Source: Betaproteobacteria bacterium
Lineage (GTDB): Bacteria; Pseudomonadota; Gammaproteobacteria; Burkholderiales; JACQAP01
DNA length: 56,653 nt
Reading direction: 5' to 3'
Assembly (NCBI GenBank): GCA_031406075.1
Contig: JANOGP010000413.1
Coordinates: 1 to 56,653 of the forward strand
How positions within the stretch are numbered: the stretch's first letter is position 1; the number at the start of each line of letters is the position of its first letter. Position numbers and translations under genes: made by a program. Shown in pieces: positions 19,393 through 28,510 of the stretch. The notes under the pieces were generated by a model, which saw nothing but the letters and a program-made list of their open reading frames with translations, ran no database searches and was not told the origin of the DNA.

Positions 19393-19623
19393 ATGGCTGG
19401 CGAGAACAAGACCAAAGTGACCATCCTGACCGGAGCCTACCGGATCAAGGGGCACATCGAATTGACGCTGGGGGCACGGATAACCGACTACCTGGTCGAG
19501 TCGAAGGAATTCATTGCGGTCACCGATGCGGAAGTATGGGAGATCGCGGGCCGGCATGTCATGAACACCCCGTTTCTCAACGTGAGCCGCCATCACATCG
19601 AGATCGTCATACCGGGACATTGA
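19393..19623 (+). CDS. small hypothetical protein (76 aa)
   Basis: AAGGAGAG RBS 6 nt before ATG 19393. Non-repetitive sequence MAGENKTKVTILTGAYRIKGHIELTLGARITDYLVESKEFIAVTDAEVWEI...; family not recognised. Confidence 0.5.
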   Translation: MAGENKTKVTILTGAYRIKGHIELTLGARITDYLVESKEFIAVTDAEVWEIAGRHVMNTPFLNVSRHHIEIVIPGH

Positions 19624-19662
19624 TCCGGTGCCGCCTGCTTTTTGACGGCGCCTCGCTTCGTT

Positions 19663-19948
19663 TCAGTCAAGGCCGCGCTTGTGCCGCCGCCACAGTCCGA
19701 TCGTGACTCGCACGAGCGAGGCCAGGGTCAGGGCCAGCAGAACCGGGTAAATCAAAAGTAGATCCACGCGGATGTTGCATTTGCCGCTGCACAGTACGCG
19801 AATCTGCATCAGATATTCGTAGCCGCCGTAAACAATCCACAGTGTTCCGGTCGCGAACAGCAGGCGGGGTGTGCGCAAGCTTGAAGCAGGCCACAATCAG
19901 CAGGCCGAACAACACGGCAAGCAGCGCAAGTCCAATCAGCGTCAGCAA
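19663..19948 (-). CDS. small membrane protein, apparently split over two frames (possible frameshift at the G4/C4 run 19866-19869)
   Basis: TTG 19948 has a strong GGAGGG RBS 5 nt upstream and opens a TM segment (LLTLIGLALLAVLFGLLIVA). The hydrophobic continuation (LLFATGTLWIVYGG...LLLIYPVLLALTLASLV...WRRHKRGLD) lies in the other frame (19663-19896). Confidence 0.4.
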
Positions 19949-20091
19949 TCGGTCCCTCCGATCGTATTGACCACCTGTTCAGGCCGTTATTAGCTTCGCG
20001 GGCAAAAGCGCTCAAGCGTTATCCCGCAGCGATATCTGGCTCTCCGAAAAGTCTTGTGGCATCATGGGCTTAACATAAGGGGGAGAGTGCC

Positions 20092-20370
20092 ATGACCAGC
20101 GACCACCACGCGCAGGAAATTCAGATGCTGCGCTCCGAGATCGAAATGCTAATGAACGAGCGGCAAAGCCTTTTGCGCGCCACCGGCGCAGCGGCGGTTT
20201 TTGTTGCCAATCTCGATAGCGAGTCGCTTCCCGAGAGTACCTACGCGGTCGCGGATATCCTCGCGCAGGCGCTCAACCAACTCTCCGAAGACTCGCTGCG
20301 CGACGCACTCGAACTGGTCCGTCCCACGGTCGAAACGGCACGCAACGATTCGAAGAAGCAGGGTCAATAG
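20092..20370 (+). CDS. hypothetical protein (92 aa, helical/coiled-coil-like)
   Basis: ORF preceded by GGGGGAGAG. No recognisable family. Confidence 0.45.
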   Translation: MTSDHHAQEIQMLRSEIEMLMNERQSLLRATGAAAVFVANLDSESLPESTYAVADILAQALNQLSEDSLRDALELVRPTVETARNDSKKQGQ

Positions 20371-20412
20371 CGGCGGGAGGGTCACAACCCGCGGCCGGCC
20401 GGCCGCACACAC

Positions 20413-21582
20413 ATGGACGAATCCACATCCGGCGCGAAAACCAAAATCGGTCTGGTCCTGACCGGCGGCGGTGCGCGAGCTGCCTACCAGGTCGGATTCC
20501 TGCGCGCGGTGTCGCACATGCTGCCGCGCGGCGCACGCAATCCATTTCAGATCATCTGCGGTACTTCGGCAGGCGCGATCAATGCAGCGGCGATGGCCGC
20601 CGGTGCCACCGATTTCCACCGGGCCGTGCGCCGGCTGATGCTGGTCTGGAAATATTTTCACGCCGATCAGGTCTATCGCTCCGACGTTCCGGGTGTCATC
20701 GGTACCGGCAGCAAATGGCTTGCCGCGCTGCTGCTCGGCGGTCTGGGCAAGAACAATCCGACCTCGTTGCTGGACAATGCGCCGCTTTCGCAACTGCTAG
20801 GCCGGCACCTGGACTTTCCGGCAATCCGCAGGAGCATCGAGGCCGGCGCGCTGTACGCGCTGTCGGTCACGGCATCGGGATACACATCGGGCCAGTCGGT
20901 GAGTTTTTTCCAGGGCGTGCCCGGGCTTGCGGGATGGCAGCGCGCACGCCGGATCGGCGTTCCGGAGATGATCGACGTCGGCCATCTCATGGCCTCGAGC
21001 GCATTGCCGTTCATTTTTCCGGCAGTGCCGTTGCGACGCGAATTTTTCGGCGACGGCAGCATGCGCCAGATCGCGCCGATCAGCCCCGCACTGCATCTGG
21101 GCGCAGACCGGGTCATCGTCATCGGTGTCGGGCGGCAGGCGGGCAATGCGACGGAACGCGTCAAGACCATCGCTTATCCGTCGCTGGCACAGATCGCCGG
21201 CCATGCGCTGAACAGCATTTTTCTCGACAGCCTCGAAGTGGACATCGAGCGCCTGCAGCGCATCAACCGGACCATTCGCTTGATTTCTCCCGAAGACCGA
21301 TCCAGGCATGATTTGCAGCTTCGCGAAATTGACGTGCTGGTCATTTTCCCGAGCGAGGAAATCGACAGGATTGCCACGCGCCATACGCACGAACTGCCGC
21401 GCCCGATTCGTTTCCTGTTGCGCGGGTTGGGCGGCGCCGGGACCGGCGGCGCGACGCTGACCAGTTACCTGCTGTTCGAGCCTGCGTATTGCCGGGCGCT
21501 GATTGCCCTCGGCTACAAGGACACCATGGCGCGGCGGGAGGAGATCCTGCGCTTCATCGGTCCGGTGGCTACGCAAAAGTGA
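20413..21582 (+). CDS. patatin-like phospholipase (RssA-type)
   Basis: Oxyanion motif GLVLTGGGARAAYQVG and nucleophile elbow ICGTSAGAINAA (GxSxG). Confidence 0.85.
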   Translation: MDESTSGAKTKIGLVLTGGGARAAYQVGFLRAVSHMLPRGARNPFQIICGTSAGAINAAAMAAGATDFHRAVRRLMLVWKYFHADQVYRSDVPGVIGTGSKWLAALLLGGLGKNNPTSLLDNAPLSQLLGRHLDFPAIRRSIEAGALYALSVTASGYTSGQSVSFFQGVPGLAGWQRARRIGVPEMIDVGHLMASSALPFIFPAVPLRREFFGDGSMRQIAPISPALHLGADRVIVIGVGRQAGNATERVKTIAYPSLAQIAGHALNSIFLDSLEVDIERLQRINRTIRLISPEDRSRHDLQLREIDVLVIFPSEEIDRIATRHTHELPRPIRFLLRGLGGAGTGGATLTSYLLFEPAYCRALIALGYKDTMARREEILRFIGPVATQK

Positions 21583-21653
21583 GTCGGGCGCCTGTAAACG
21601 CAGCGTCGGCGACGTGCACGGAATGCCAGCGAAGAACGGACTGATTATCGAGG

Positions 21654-21693
21654 CCGGGCATCCGATGCCGGCGTACGACCGGATGCCGGTTTT
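21654..21693 (+). terminator. putative intrinsic terminator after the patatin gene
   Basis: CCGGGCATCCG...CGGATGCCGG stem (one bulge) followed by TTTT. Confidence 0.45.
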
Positions 21694-21711
21694 CAGGCGC
21701 GAGGGGCGAGA

Positions 21712-22260
21712 CTAAAGCGATTTCACGATTCCGAGAACTTCGCGGAAGACAGCATTGTCCGCGTGACCCAGCCACTCGAACATCGCCATCTCGGCGGACA
21801 CCACCGGTATTCCTTCTGCGCGCAGACGGTCGATCGCGGCCGCGTGATCGGCGAGCCGTCGCGAGCCTGCGGCATCGCCTACGAAAAAAGGATGAAAGCC
21901 ATGTTCCGCCAGACCGAGCGCTGCCTGCATGGCACACACGTGCGCCTCCATTCCGGCAATCACAGCCTGAGACCGCCCCAGTCTCTTGAGTCTTTCAAGG
22001 AACACAGGATCGTCCGCACAGGAAAAATGCCGCTTTGCTATGATTTCGTCATCGGTCAGAAGCCCTCGCAATTCCGGTACGATGGGACCGATTCGCTCCG
22101 GGCAGTGCTCGCTGGCGAATAAAGGCACGTCGAGCAACCGCGCCGCCTGCACCAGAGCAATGCAACGCGCCGTGACGTCTTCGTTCTCCTGGACAGCCGG
22201 CGCGAGCCTCGACTGGATGTCGATGATGAGAAGAAATGAGCTGTTTCGATTCAGTCGCAC
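21712..22260 (-). CDS. isochorismatase-family hydrolase
   Basis: 182 aa with LLIIDIQ (Asp), AKRHFS (Lys) and GMEAHVCAMQ (Cys). Divergent from ureA. Confidence 0.8.
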   Translation of the reverse strand: MRLNRNSSFLLIIDIQSRLAPAVQENEDVTARCIALVQAARLLDVPLFASEHCPERIGPIVPELRGLLTDDEIIAKRHFSCADDPVFLERLKRLGRSQAVIAGMEAHVCAMQAALGLAEHGFHPFFVGDAAGSRRLADHAAAIDRLRAEGIPVVSAEMAMFEWLGHADNAVFREVLGIVKSL

Positions 22261-22437
22261 GTTTCATGCTCCGAGGTCCGGTGCTTGAGCTTTGCGGCAA
22301 TCTTTGACATCTTGGCAATGTGACATGTTAGTTGAGTTTTCACGCAACGAGCGGAATCGATCGATGCCCGGCCAGGCCGTGCAGTGATGGCAGCATGTAA
22401 ACCGCGAAAGCTTCCTTAACCGAAGAGGATCAAGAGA

Positions 22438-22740
22438 ATGGATTTGGCACCCAGGGAGAAAGACAAGCTGCTGATTTTCACCGCGGCGCTGCTGGCCGAG
22501 CGGCGCAAGGCGCGCGGATTGAAGCTGAACTACCCCGAATCCGTTGCCTTCATTACCGCCGGGGTTCTCGAAGGTGCGCGTGATGGCCAGAGCGTAGCCG
22601 CATTGATGAGTTACGGCAGAACCTTGCTCGGACGCAACGAAGTCATGGAGGGCGTGCCGGAAATGATCCCCGACATACAGGTCGAGGCGACTTTCCCGGA
22701 CGGGACCAAGCTGGTTACCGTTCATAATCCGATTTCCTGA
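22438..22740 (+). CDS. ureA: urease gamma subunit
   Basis: 100 aa: [34 protein letters not shown]...[14 protein letters not shown]. Confidence 0.95.
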   Translation: MDLAPREKDKLLIFTAALLAERRKARGLKLNYPESVAFITAGVLEGARDGQSVAALMSYGRTLLGRNEVMEGVPEMIPDIQVEATFPDGTKLVTVHNPIS

Positions 22741-22769
22741 TTCCAGCCGACGTTCGGGGGAGAAATTCA

Positions 22770-23078
22770 ATGATTCCAGGAGAAGTCAGGACGCAGCCGG
22801 GAGACATCGAGCTCAATGCCGGTCGCAAGACCGTCACGGTGACGGTGATCAACAGCGGAGACCGGCCGGTTCAGGTCGGATCGCACTACCATTTCTTTGA
22901 AACCAACGAAGCGCTGCGGTTCGACCGCGACAGCGCCTACGGTTATCGCCTCAATATTCCGTCCGGAACCGCGGTCCGATTCGAACCGGGTCAAAACCGT
23001 CGCGTCGAGTTGGTCGAATACGGCGGCGGGCGTACCGTCTACGGTTTTCTCGGAAAAGTGATGGGGGCGCTGAAATGA
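22770..23078 (+). CDS. ureB: urease beta subunit
   Basis: 102 aa: MIPGE...IELNAGR...[17 protein letters not shown]...GTAVRFEPG. Confidence 0.95.
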   Translation: MIPGEVRTQPGDIELNAGRKTVTVTVINSGDRPVQVGSHYHFFETNEALRFDRDSAYGYRLNIPSGTAVRFEPGQNRRVELVEYGGGRTVYGFLGKVMGALK

Positions 23079-24781
23079 CTTCCAAACTGAGCCGGGGCGC
23101 GTATGCGGACATGTTCGGTCCGACGGTCGGGGACCGCGTGAGACTTGCGGATACCGAATTGTGGATCGAGGTCGAAAAGGACCACACCATCTATGGGGAG
23201 GAAGTGAAATTCGGTGGCGGCAAGGTGATTCGCGACGGCATGGGACAGAGCCAGCGTCCGCACGCGGAGGTCGCCGATACGGTGATAACCAACGCGCTCA
23301 TCGTGGATTACTCGGGCATCGTCAAGGCCGACATCGGCATCAAGAACGGAAGAATCTCCGGGATCGGCAAAGCGGGAAATCCCGACATTCAACCCGGTGT
23401 GAACATCGTTGTGGGCGCTGCCACCGAGGTCATTGCCGGAGAGGGCATGATCGCGACCGCAGGAGGCGTGGACGCGCACATCCATTTCATCTGCCCGCAG
23501 CAAATCGAGGAGGCGCTGATGTCCGGCATTACCACGATGCTCGGCGGCGGCACTGGGCCGGCGACTGGAACCAATGCGACAACCTGCACGCCGGGACCGT
23601 GGCATATAGCGCGCATGCTGCAGGCCGCGGAAGCGTTTCCGATGAATCTGGGTTTCATGGGCAAAGGCAACTGCAGCCTCAAGGACCCGCTCATCGAGCA
23701 GGTGGCGGCTGGCGCGATGGGCCTGAAGCTGCACGAGGACTGGGGTACGACGCCGGCGGCGATCGACAATTGCCTCGCGGTGGCGGACGACATGGATGTT
23801 CAGGTTGCAATTCATACCGACACGCTCAACGAGTCCGGGTTTGTCGATACGACGATCGCGGCTTTCCGCGGAAGAACTATTCACACCTACCACTCGGAGG
23901 GCGCGGGCGGCGGTCACGCGCCGGATATCATCCGCGTGTGCGGCGAGACCAATGTTCTTCCTTCGTCGACCAATCCGACGCGTCCCTTCACGCTGAACAC
24001 ACTCGACGAGCACCTCGATATGCTCATGGTGTGTCATCACCTCGACCCCGGCATACCCGAAGACGTGGCGTTCGCCGAATCGCGCATCCGCAAGGAGACC
24101 ATCGCCGCGGAAGACATCTTGCACGACCTCGGTGCGATCAGCATGATGTCCTCCGATTCGCAGGCCATGGGAAGGGTGGGCGAAGTGGTGATACGCACCT
24201 GGCAGACTGCGCACAAGATGCGCGTTCAGCGCGGCTTGTTGCCGGAGGAGAAGTCCGATTGCGACAATTACCGGGTCAAACGCTACGTTGCAAAGTACAC
24301 GATCAACCCGGCGATCACCCACGGGATCGCGCACGAAGTCGGTTCGCTGGAAGTCGGCAAGTATGCGGACATCGTAATCTGGAGGCCGGCGTTTTTCGGC
24401 GTCAAACCGAGTCTCATCGTGAAGGGCGGCATGATCGCCGCAGCCGTGATGGGCGACCCGAACGCGTCCATCCCGACGCCGCAGCCGGTCCACTACCGGC
24501 CGATGTTCGGTTCGTTCGGGGCCGCGTGCCAGGCGACATCGCTGACTTTCGTATCGGCGGCGGGCATCCAGAACGGAATCGGCGAGGCGCTCGGTCTGCG
24601 GAAGAAATTGGCCGCGGTTCGCGGAACGCGGACCATCGGAAAGAAAGACCTGCCGCTGAACGGCTACGTGCCAAAGATCGAGGTGAACCCGGAAACCTAC
24701 GAAGTTCGCGCGGACGGCGAACATCTTACATGCGAGCCCGCTACGTCCCTGCCAATGGCGCAGCGTTATTTTCTGTTCTGA
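23075..24781 (+). CDS. ureC: urease alpha subunit (canonical)
   Basis: 568 aa carrying the invariant urease blocks [72 protein letters not shown] and [14 protein letters not shown] overlap with ureB. Confidence 0.95.
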   Translation: MTSKLSRGAYADMFGPTVGDRVRLADTELWIEVEKDHTIYGEEVKFGGGKVIRDGMGQSQRPHAEVADTVITNALIVDYSGIVKADIGIKNGRISGIGKAGNPDIQPGVNIVVGAATEVIAGEGMIATAGGVDAHIHFICPQQIEEALMSGITTMLGGGTGPATGTNATTCTPGPWHIARMLQAAEAFPMNLGFMGKGNCSLKDPLIEQVAAGAMGLKLHEDWGTTPAAIDNCLAVADDMDVQVAIHTDTLNESGFVDTTIAAFRGRTIHTYHSEGAGGGHAPDIIRVCGETNVLPSSTNPTRPFTLNTLDEHLDMLMVCHHLDPGIPEDVAFAESRIRKETIAAEDILHDLGAISMMSSDSQAMGRVGEVVIRTWQTAHKMRVQRGLLPEEKSDCDNYRVKRYVAKYTINPAITHGIAHEVGSLEVGKYADIVIWRPAFFGVKPSLIVKGGMIAAAVMGDPNASIPTPQPVHYRPMFGSFGAACQATSLTFVSAAGIQNGIGEALGLRKKLAAVRGTRTIGKKDLPLNGYVPKIEVNPETYEVRADGEHLTCEPATSLPMAQRYFLF

Positions 24782-24787
24782 TCGCGA

Positions 24788-24826
24788 GCCGGCGCGGGGC
24801 AGGGTGGCAACCCGGGAAGCGCCGGC
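24788..24826. terminator. GC-rich hairpin between convergent ureC and amiR (no U-tract)
   Basis: GCCGGCGC (24788-95) pairs with GCGCCGGC (24819-26); inner GGGT/ACCC stem. Confidence 0.3.
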
Positions 24827-24843
24827 GCTGCGCGTCCGCGCTG

Positions 24844-25458
24844 TTATGACTTCGGATCGAAACCGAGTATCTCGTTCGCATTGATCACCGCGTCGGCGAT
24901 TTCCTCGGCGGTGACGCGTTTGCTCATCGCCTGATCACGGATGATCTTGTAGGCGTCGTCTTCCGACAGGCCGCGGGTGTTCATCAGTATCGCCTTGGCC
25001 TTGTTGATCTTGCGCAATCCGGAAAGTCTTTGCTCGAGGCGCGCGATGTATTTTTCCTGCGTACGGGCCTTCTCAGCCTGATTCACGGAAACCACGATCG
25101 AGGTCAGCAGGCCGAATGATTTTACCGGAGAGGCAATGACGCCGTAGGCGTTGAGCTGCAGTACCGCTTCGACGATCACCGGGTTTTCGTAATTCACGAC
25201 AGGGATGACCGGCGGAGATCCATCGCGCCGCAGCCAGGGCAGATCCATTGACAACACCTCGGGTCGCATGGCGAAAATCACGATGTCGGTTTCTTCCGGG
25301 AGCTTGTCCAGCGGCGGCCAGAATGCCTTTACACGGCATCCGATGCGCTGCAGCTGACTGAGCAATTCCTGCCCGTCCTGATCGTCGGGATGGAAAACCA
25401 GCACGCGAAGAGAGCGCAGCTCTCTCAGCAGACGCGGTGTGCCTTCGCTCTTTCTCAT
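24844..25458 (-). CDS. amiR: AmiR-type ANTAR antiterminator (pseudo-receiver plus ANTAR domain)
   Basis: 204 aa. The C-terminal ANTAR block is RLSGLRKINKAKAILMNTRGLSEDDAYKIIRDQAMSKRVTAEEIADAVI. The N-terminal half has the layout of the P. aeruginosa AmiR pseudo-receiver. Confidence 0.85.
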   Translation of the reverse strand: MRKSEGTPRLLRELRSLRVLVFHPDDQDGQELLSQLQRIGCRVKAFWPPLDKLPEETDIVIFAMRPEVLSMDLPWLRRDGSPPVIPVVNYENPVIVEAVLQLNAYGVIASPVKSFGLLTSIVVSVNQAEKARTQEKYIARLEQRLSGLRKINKAKAILMNTRGLSEDDAYKIIRDQAMSKRVTAEEIADAVINANEILGFDPKS

Positions 25459-25479
25459 CGCGTATCCGTCGAGGGCCCG

Positions 25480-26637
25480 TTACCGGGCGTGAATCTGCGC
25501 ACGGGCCGACCAGTCCTCGAGCGAGTGTGACACCAGGTAAGGATCGGGCCGAACCCAGCGCTGCGCCTCTTGAAGGATGTCGAACTGGCCTTTGGCATTC
25601 ACTCTGCCGATGCGTGGCCGCAGGTAGGTATGGTGGTTATGCTCGTCAATTCGTACTTTGCCCTGCGGCCCGGAGAATTCCGAGCCCGGAAGGACGCGTA
25701 GCAGGTCCAGGATGTCGTCGGTATCGACGCGGCGCATCGCATCGGCAAGAAGGTGAGTCTGGAAGTACGCCGCTTCCCAGCACATATTGGTAACTTCGTC
25801 CGCGCCAAATCGATTCTTGAACTGCGCGACACAGCGCTTGTTGGTTTCGGTATCGATGCTCTGAAAGTAGGGCGCTGAAGTGATGTGGCCTTCGGCAATG
25901 TCGGCCCCCATCTGCCGCACTTCCGCTTCGCAAGTGGTGAGGCTCGCTATGGGCATTTTCGCCGGGTCCAGTTTGACTTGCGCGTACGCCCGATGGAGCA
26001 AAGATGTGCCGAACCCCACAACGGTCGAAAAAATGAAATCCGGGTTCGTCGCCTGGATTTTTTTTGCGACGGTGACGTAGGATTCCCAGGACGCGTCAAG
26101 CGGCAAGTAGACCTCCGCGACTTTCTCGCCGCCGCGTTCGACGATCAGGTCGCTCATGATGCGGTTGGATTCGTACGGATAAATGTAGTCCGATCCGACC
26201 ATGAATACACGGGAGCCGAATTCGCGCATCATGAATTCCGCGAGTTGCACACTGTTCTGGTTTGGGGCGGCGCCGGTGTAAATGACGTTGCGCGAGTACT
26301 CGAAGCCCTCATAGAGCGTCGGATACAGAAGCAGGCCGTTCCAGCGCTCGACAACCGGAATCACCGCCTTACGGGTGCTCGACATGTAGCAGCCAAGAAT
26401 GACCTGGACCCGGTCTTCCAGAAGCAACTGTTTTGCCTGCGAAGCGTACAGCGCCGGGCGCGATTGCGGATCGTAACTTGCCAATTGCAGTTCGCGGCCG
26501 TTGATTCCGCCGGCTTCGTTGATTTCCTGCACTGCCAGCAGCGTACCCTGCCTTTCGGAGCGCTCGATAACCGAGGTGACGCCGGTTTCGGAAAACAGGA
26601 GACCGACACGAATCGGTGCCGTTGATCTGGATTTCAT
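25480..26637 (-). CDS. amiC: AmiC-type amide sensor / negative regulator (periplasmic-binding-protein fold, cytoplasmic)
   Basis: 385 aa from ATG 26637 (the track start 26802 adds 55 junk residues). IRVGLLFSETGVTSVIERS...GCYMSSTRKAVIPVVERWNGLLLYPTLYEGFE, with no signal peptide. Located directly upstream of amiR. Confidence 0.85.
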   Translation of the reverse strand: MKSRSTAPIRVGLLFSETGVTSVIERSERQGTLLAVQEINEAGGINGRELQLASYDPQSRPALYASQAKQLLLEDRVQVILGCYMSSTRKAVIPVVERWNGLLLYPTLYEGFEYSRNVIYTGAAPNQNSVQLAEFMMREFGSRVFMVGSDYIYPYESNRIMSDLIVERGGEKVAEVYLPLDASWESYVTVAKKIQATNPDFIFSTVVGFGTSLLHRAYAQVKLDPAKMPIASLTTCEAEVRQMGADIAEGHITSAPYFQSIDTETNKRCVAQFKNRFGADEVTNMCWEAAYFQTHLLADAMRRVDTDDILDLLRVLPGSEFSGPQGKVRIDEHNHHTYLRPRIGRVNAKGQFDILQEAQRWVRPDPYLVSHSLEDWSARAQIHAR

Positions 26638-26789
26638 TTTCCTGCCTGGACTGTTACGCGGGTAAGTCCTGTTCCTGTCCCGCCGCGGCTTGCCCGAGCG
26701 CGGTGGAATTGGGCCTTGGCCTGACTTCCGGTTTGAGCGTGGGCACAAGTGTAGGCCATGATGAACGTGGTGCGAAGCGCATTGAGCGC

Positions 26790-26818
26790 TTGAATTTGGC
26801 ACGGGTAAGGATTATATA
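26790..26818 (+). promoter_or_regulatory. candidate sigma70 promoter for the urt-amiE-ure transcript
   Basis: TTGAAT, 17-nt spacer, TATATA. It would give a ~465-nt leader. No experimental support. Confidence 0.3.
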
Positions 26819-27162
26819 TACGAGCAAAGGGAGGGGAGACCGCCATTCTCGGCGCAGCATTCGGGATGACCCGGAAATGGGCGCCGGACTCGCAAAGCTG
26901 CACGAACTCAGTGCAATCGCATAGATTTCTGCAGCGTGGAACCCGGAACCGCAAAACCCGAGCAGCGCAAGAGGTCCGTCCAAATTTATTCTGAAAGCCG
27001 TTCTGCCTGGCAGGCGGTACCCGGCCCGCCGGAGGTGCTATTGTGCGATGAACAATTGGCCGATCGATGGATGCGCGAATTGAGTTGGTCCGGATATTGC
27101 GTCACGGTTGGCGAAAATGCGGAAGCGCACCGACGCGTGTCCGCGAAAGCATTGGGTTTTTT

Positions 27163-27210
27163 CGGCTGAAGACAAAGACGTCGAAGCCGAGCGAGGCAGA
27201 GGAGCCCGCT
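27163..27210 (+). promoter_or_regulatory. ANTAR-type dual hexaloop hairpin RNA target (P1 27163-27189, P2 27190-27210)
   Basis: P1: CGGCT/AGCCG plus GAC/GTC stems around loop AAAGAC. P2: AGCG(A)GGC/GCCCGCT stem around loop AGAGGA. Both loops have A at position 1 and G at position 4. The P2 3' arm overlaps the terminator 5' arm. Confidence 0.55.
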
Positions 27211-27241
27211 GACCGGAGGTACCGGCCAGTGGGCTTTTTTT
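27203..27241 (+). terminator. intrinsic terminator/attenuator in the leader, 50 nt upstream of urtA
   Basis: AGCCCGCTGACCGG-AGGTA-CCGGCCAGTGGGCT has 12 Watson-Crick pairs, 1 GU and 1 mismatch. It runs into TTTTTTT (27235-27241). Confidence 0.7.
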
Positions 27242-27290
27242 CTGATTGCCGCGACTTGCGGCGCACGTTTCCGACGGGAGAGGAGTCACA

Positions 27291-28481
27291 ATGAGCAAGT
27301 TCGACAGGCGGGACTTTTTGAAGGCTGGCGCCGCAACGGCTGCGGCGGGTATTTTGCCGGCACCCTTTATTTGGCCCAAGGGTGCGCACGCAGCCGACAC
27401 CGTGAAGGTTGGCATCCTGCATTCGCTTACCGGGACGATCGCGATCGCGGAAAAATCGGTTGTCGACGCGGAAATGCTGGCGATCGAGGAGATCAACAAG
27501 GCCGGCGGCGTCATGGGCCACAAGATCGAGGCGGTCGTCGAAGACGGCGCCAGCGATTGGCCGACGTTTGCAGAGAAGGCCCGCAAGCTGATCGTGAGGG
27601 ACAAGGTCGCGTCAGTGATGGGCTGCTACACGTCGGCTTCCCGCAAAGCCGTGCTGCCGGTATTCGAGAAGGACAAGGGACTCCTTTACTACCCGACCTA
27701 TTACGAAGGACTCGAGATATCGCCGAACATCATGTACACCGCCCAGGAAGCCACCCAGTCGGTGGTCGCTGCCATGGAATGGCTGTACAAGAACAAGGGC
27801 AAAACCTTCTACATGATCGGCTCGGATTACATCTGGCCGCGGACCACGATCAAGATCGCCAAGGCCACGCTGGCGCGTCTTGGCGGTAAGCTGGTCGGTG
27901 AGGGCTACTACCCGCTGGGACATATCGAGTTTTCCTCCGAGATCAACAAGATCAGAGCCTCCAAGCCCGACGTTGTCCTCAACTGCGTCGTGGGAGGCAG
28001 CAACGTTGCATTCTTCAAGCAATTGACTGCTGCCGGCATCACCGGAAAGAACCAGACGGTTCTGTCGTTGGCGGTCTCGGAAGAAGAGGTCTCCGGGATT
28101 GGTTCGGACAATACCGAAGGGACTCTGACCTGCATGGGCTATTTCCAGAGCCTGAAGAATTCGGCGAACGATAAGTTCGTCAAGGCGTTCAAAGCCAAGT
28201 ATGGGCAGAACCGCGTCGTGGGCGACACTCTGGAATGTGGCTACATCTCGGTATACCTGTGGAAGATGGCGGCCGAGAAAGCCAAGAGTTTCGACGTCGA
28301 GAAAGTGGTCGCTGCATCTTCCGATCTGGCGATCGATGCACCGGAAGGAAAGGTCAAATTCCACAAAGCCAATCACCATTTGTGGAAGCATGCGCGCATC
28401 GGCACTTTCCGCAGGGATGGCCAGGTGGACATGATTTACGAATCTTCACTGATCGAACCGAATCCTTTCCCGAAGCTGTAA
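27291..28481 (+). CDS. urtA: urea/short-chain-amide ABC transporter substrate-binding protein (UrtA/FmdD-like), Tat signal
   Basis: MSKFDRRDFLKAGAATAAAGIL...AHA|AD is a twin-arginine signal. VKVGILHSLTGTIAIAEKS...GCYTSASRKAVLPVFEKDKGLLYYPTYYEGLE is paralogous to AmiC. RBS is GGGAGAGGAG. Confidence 0.9.
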   Translation: MSKFDRRDFLKAGAATAAAGILPAPFIWPKGAHAADTVKVGILHSLTGTIAIAEKSVVDAEMLAIEEINKAGGVMGHKIEAVVEDGASDWPTFAEKARKLIVRDKVASVMGCYTSASRKAVLPVFEKDKGLLYYPTYYEGLEISPNIMYTAQEATQSVVAAMEWLYKNKGKTFYMIGSDYIWPRTTIKIAKATLARLGGKLVGEGYYPLGHIEFSSEINKIRASKPDVVLNCVVGGSNVAFFKQLTAAGITGKNQTVLSLAVSEEEVSGIGSDNTEGTLTCMGYFQSLKNSANDKFVKAFKAKYGQNRVVGDTLECGYISVYLWKMAAEKAKSFDVEKVVAASSDLAIDAPEGKVKFHKANHHLWKHARIGTFRRDGQVDMIYESSLIEPNPFPKL

Positions 28482-28510
28482 CGATAGTTGGTGTTTTGCA
28501 TCAGGGCACG

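Noticed and set aside
20092-21582. Patatin-like phospholipase plus upstream small protein as a possible anti-phage (CBASS/effector-type) module.
   Set aside because: No cyclase, sensor, NTPase or other defence partner is adjacent. The protein looks like the common RssA-type housekeeping patatin.
23039-24724. 561-aa ORF on the minus strand, antisense to ureC1. Similar cases are 35435-37060 (541 aa, antisense to ureC2) and 35911-37212 / 23161-24849 (out-of-frame sense ORFs).
   Set aside because: They are Arg/His/Asp/Gly-rich low-complexity translations with no motifs. They fully overlap genes with unmistakable urease signatures. Long stop-free alternative frames are expected in high-GC coding DNA.
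26797-26812. Sigma54 promoter suggested by TGGCAC in the amiC-urtA spacer. Also TGGCA strings upstream of ureA (22310-22330) and cbbQ (38985-39000).
   Set aside because: None has the TTGC(A/T) -12 element at the required spacing. The TGGCAC at 26797 lies inside the spacer of the better sigma70-like TTGAAT-N17-TATATA.
26936-27169. 77-aa ORF (and overlapping minus-strand ORFs) in the 650-bp amiC-urtA intergenic region, considered as a possible FmdB-like small regulator or leader peptide.
   Set aside because: It has no RBS and no Cys-pair zinc-ribbon pattern expected for FmdB. It has a GTG start, and its composition is similar to neighbouring non-coding frames.
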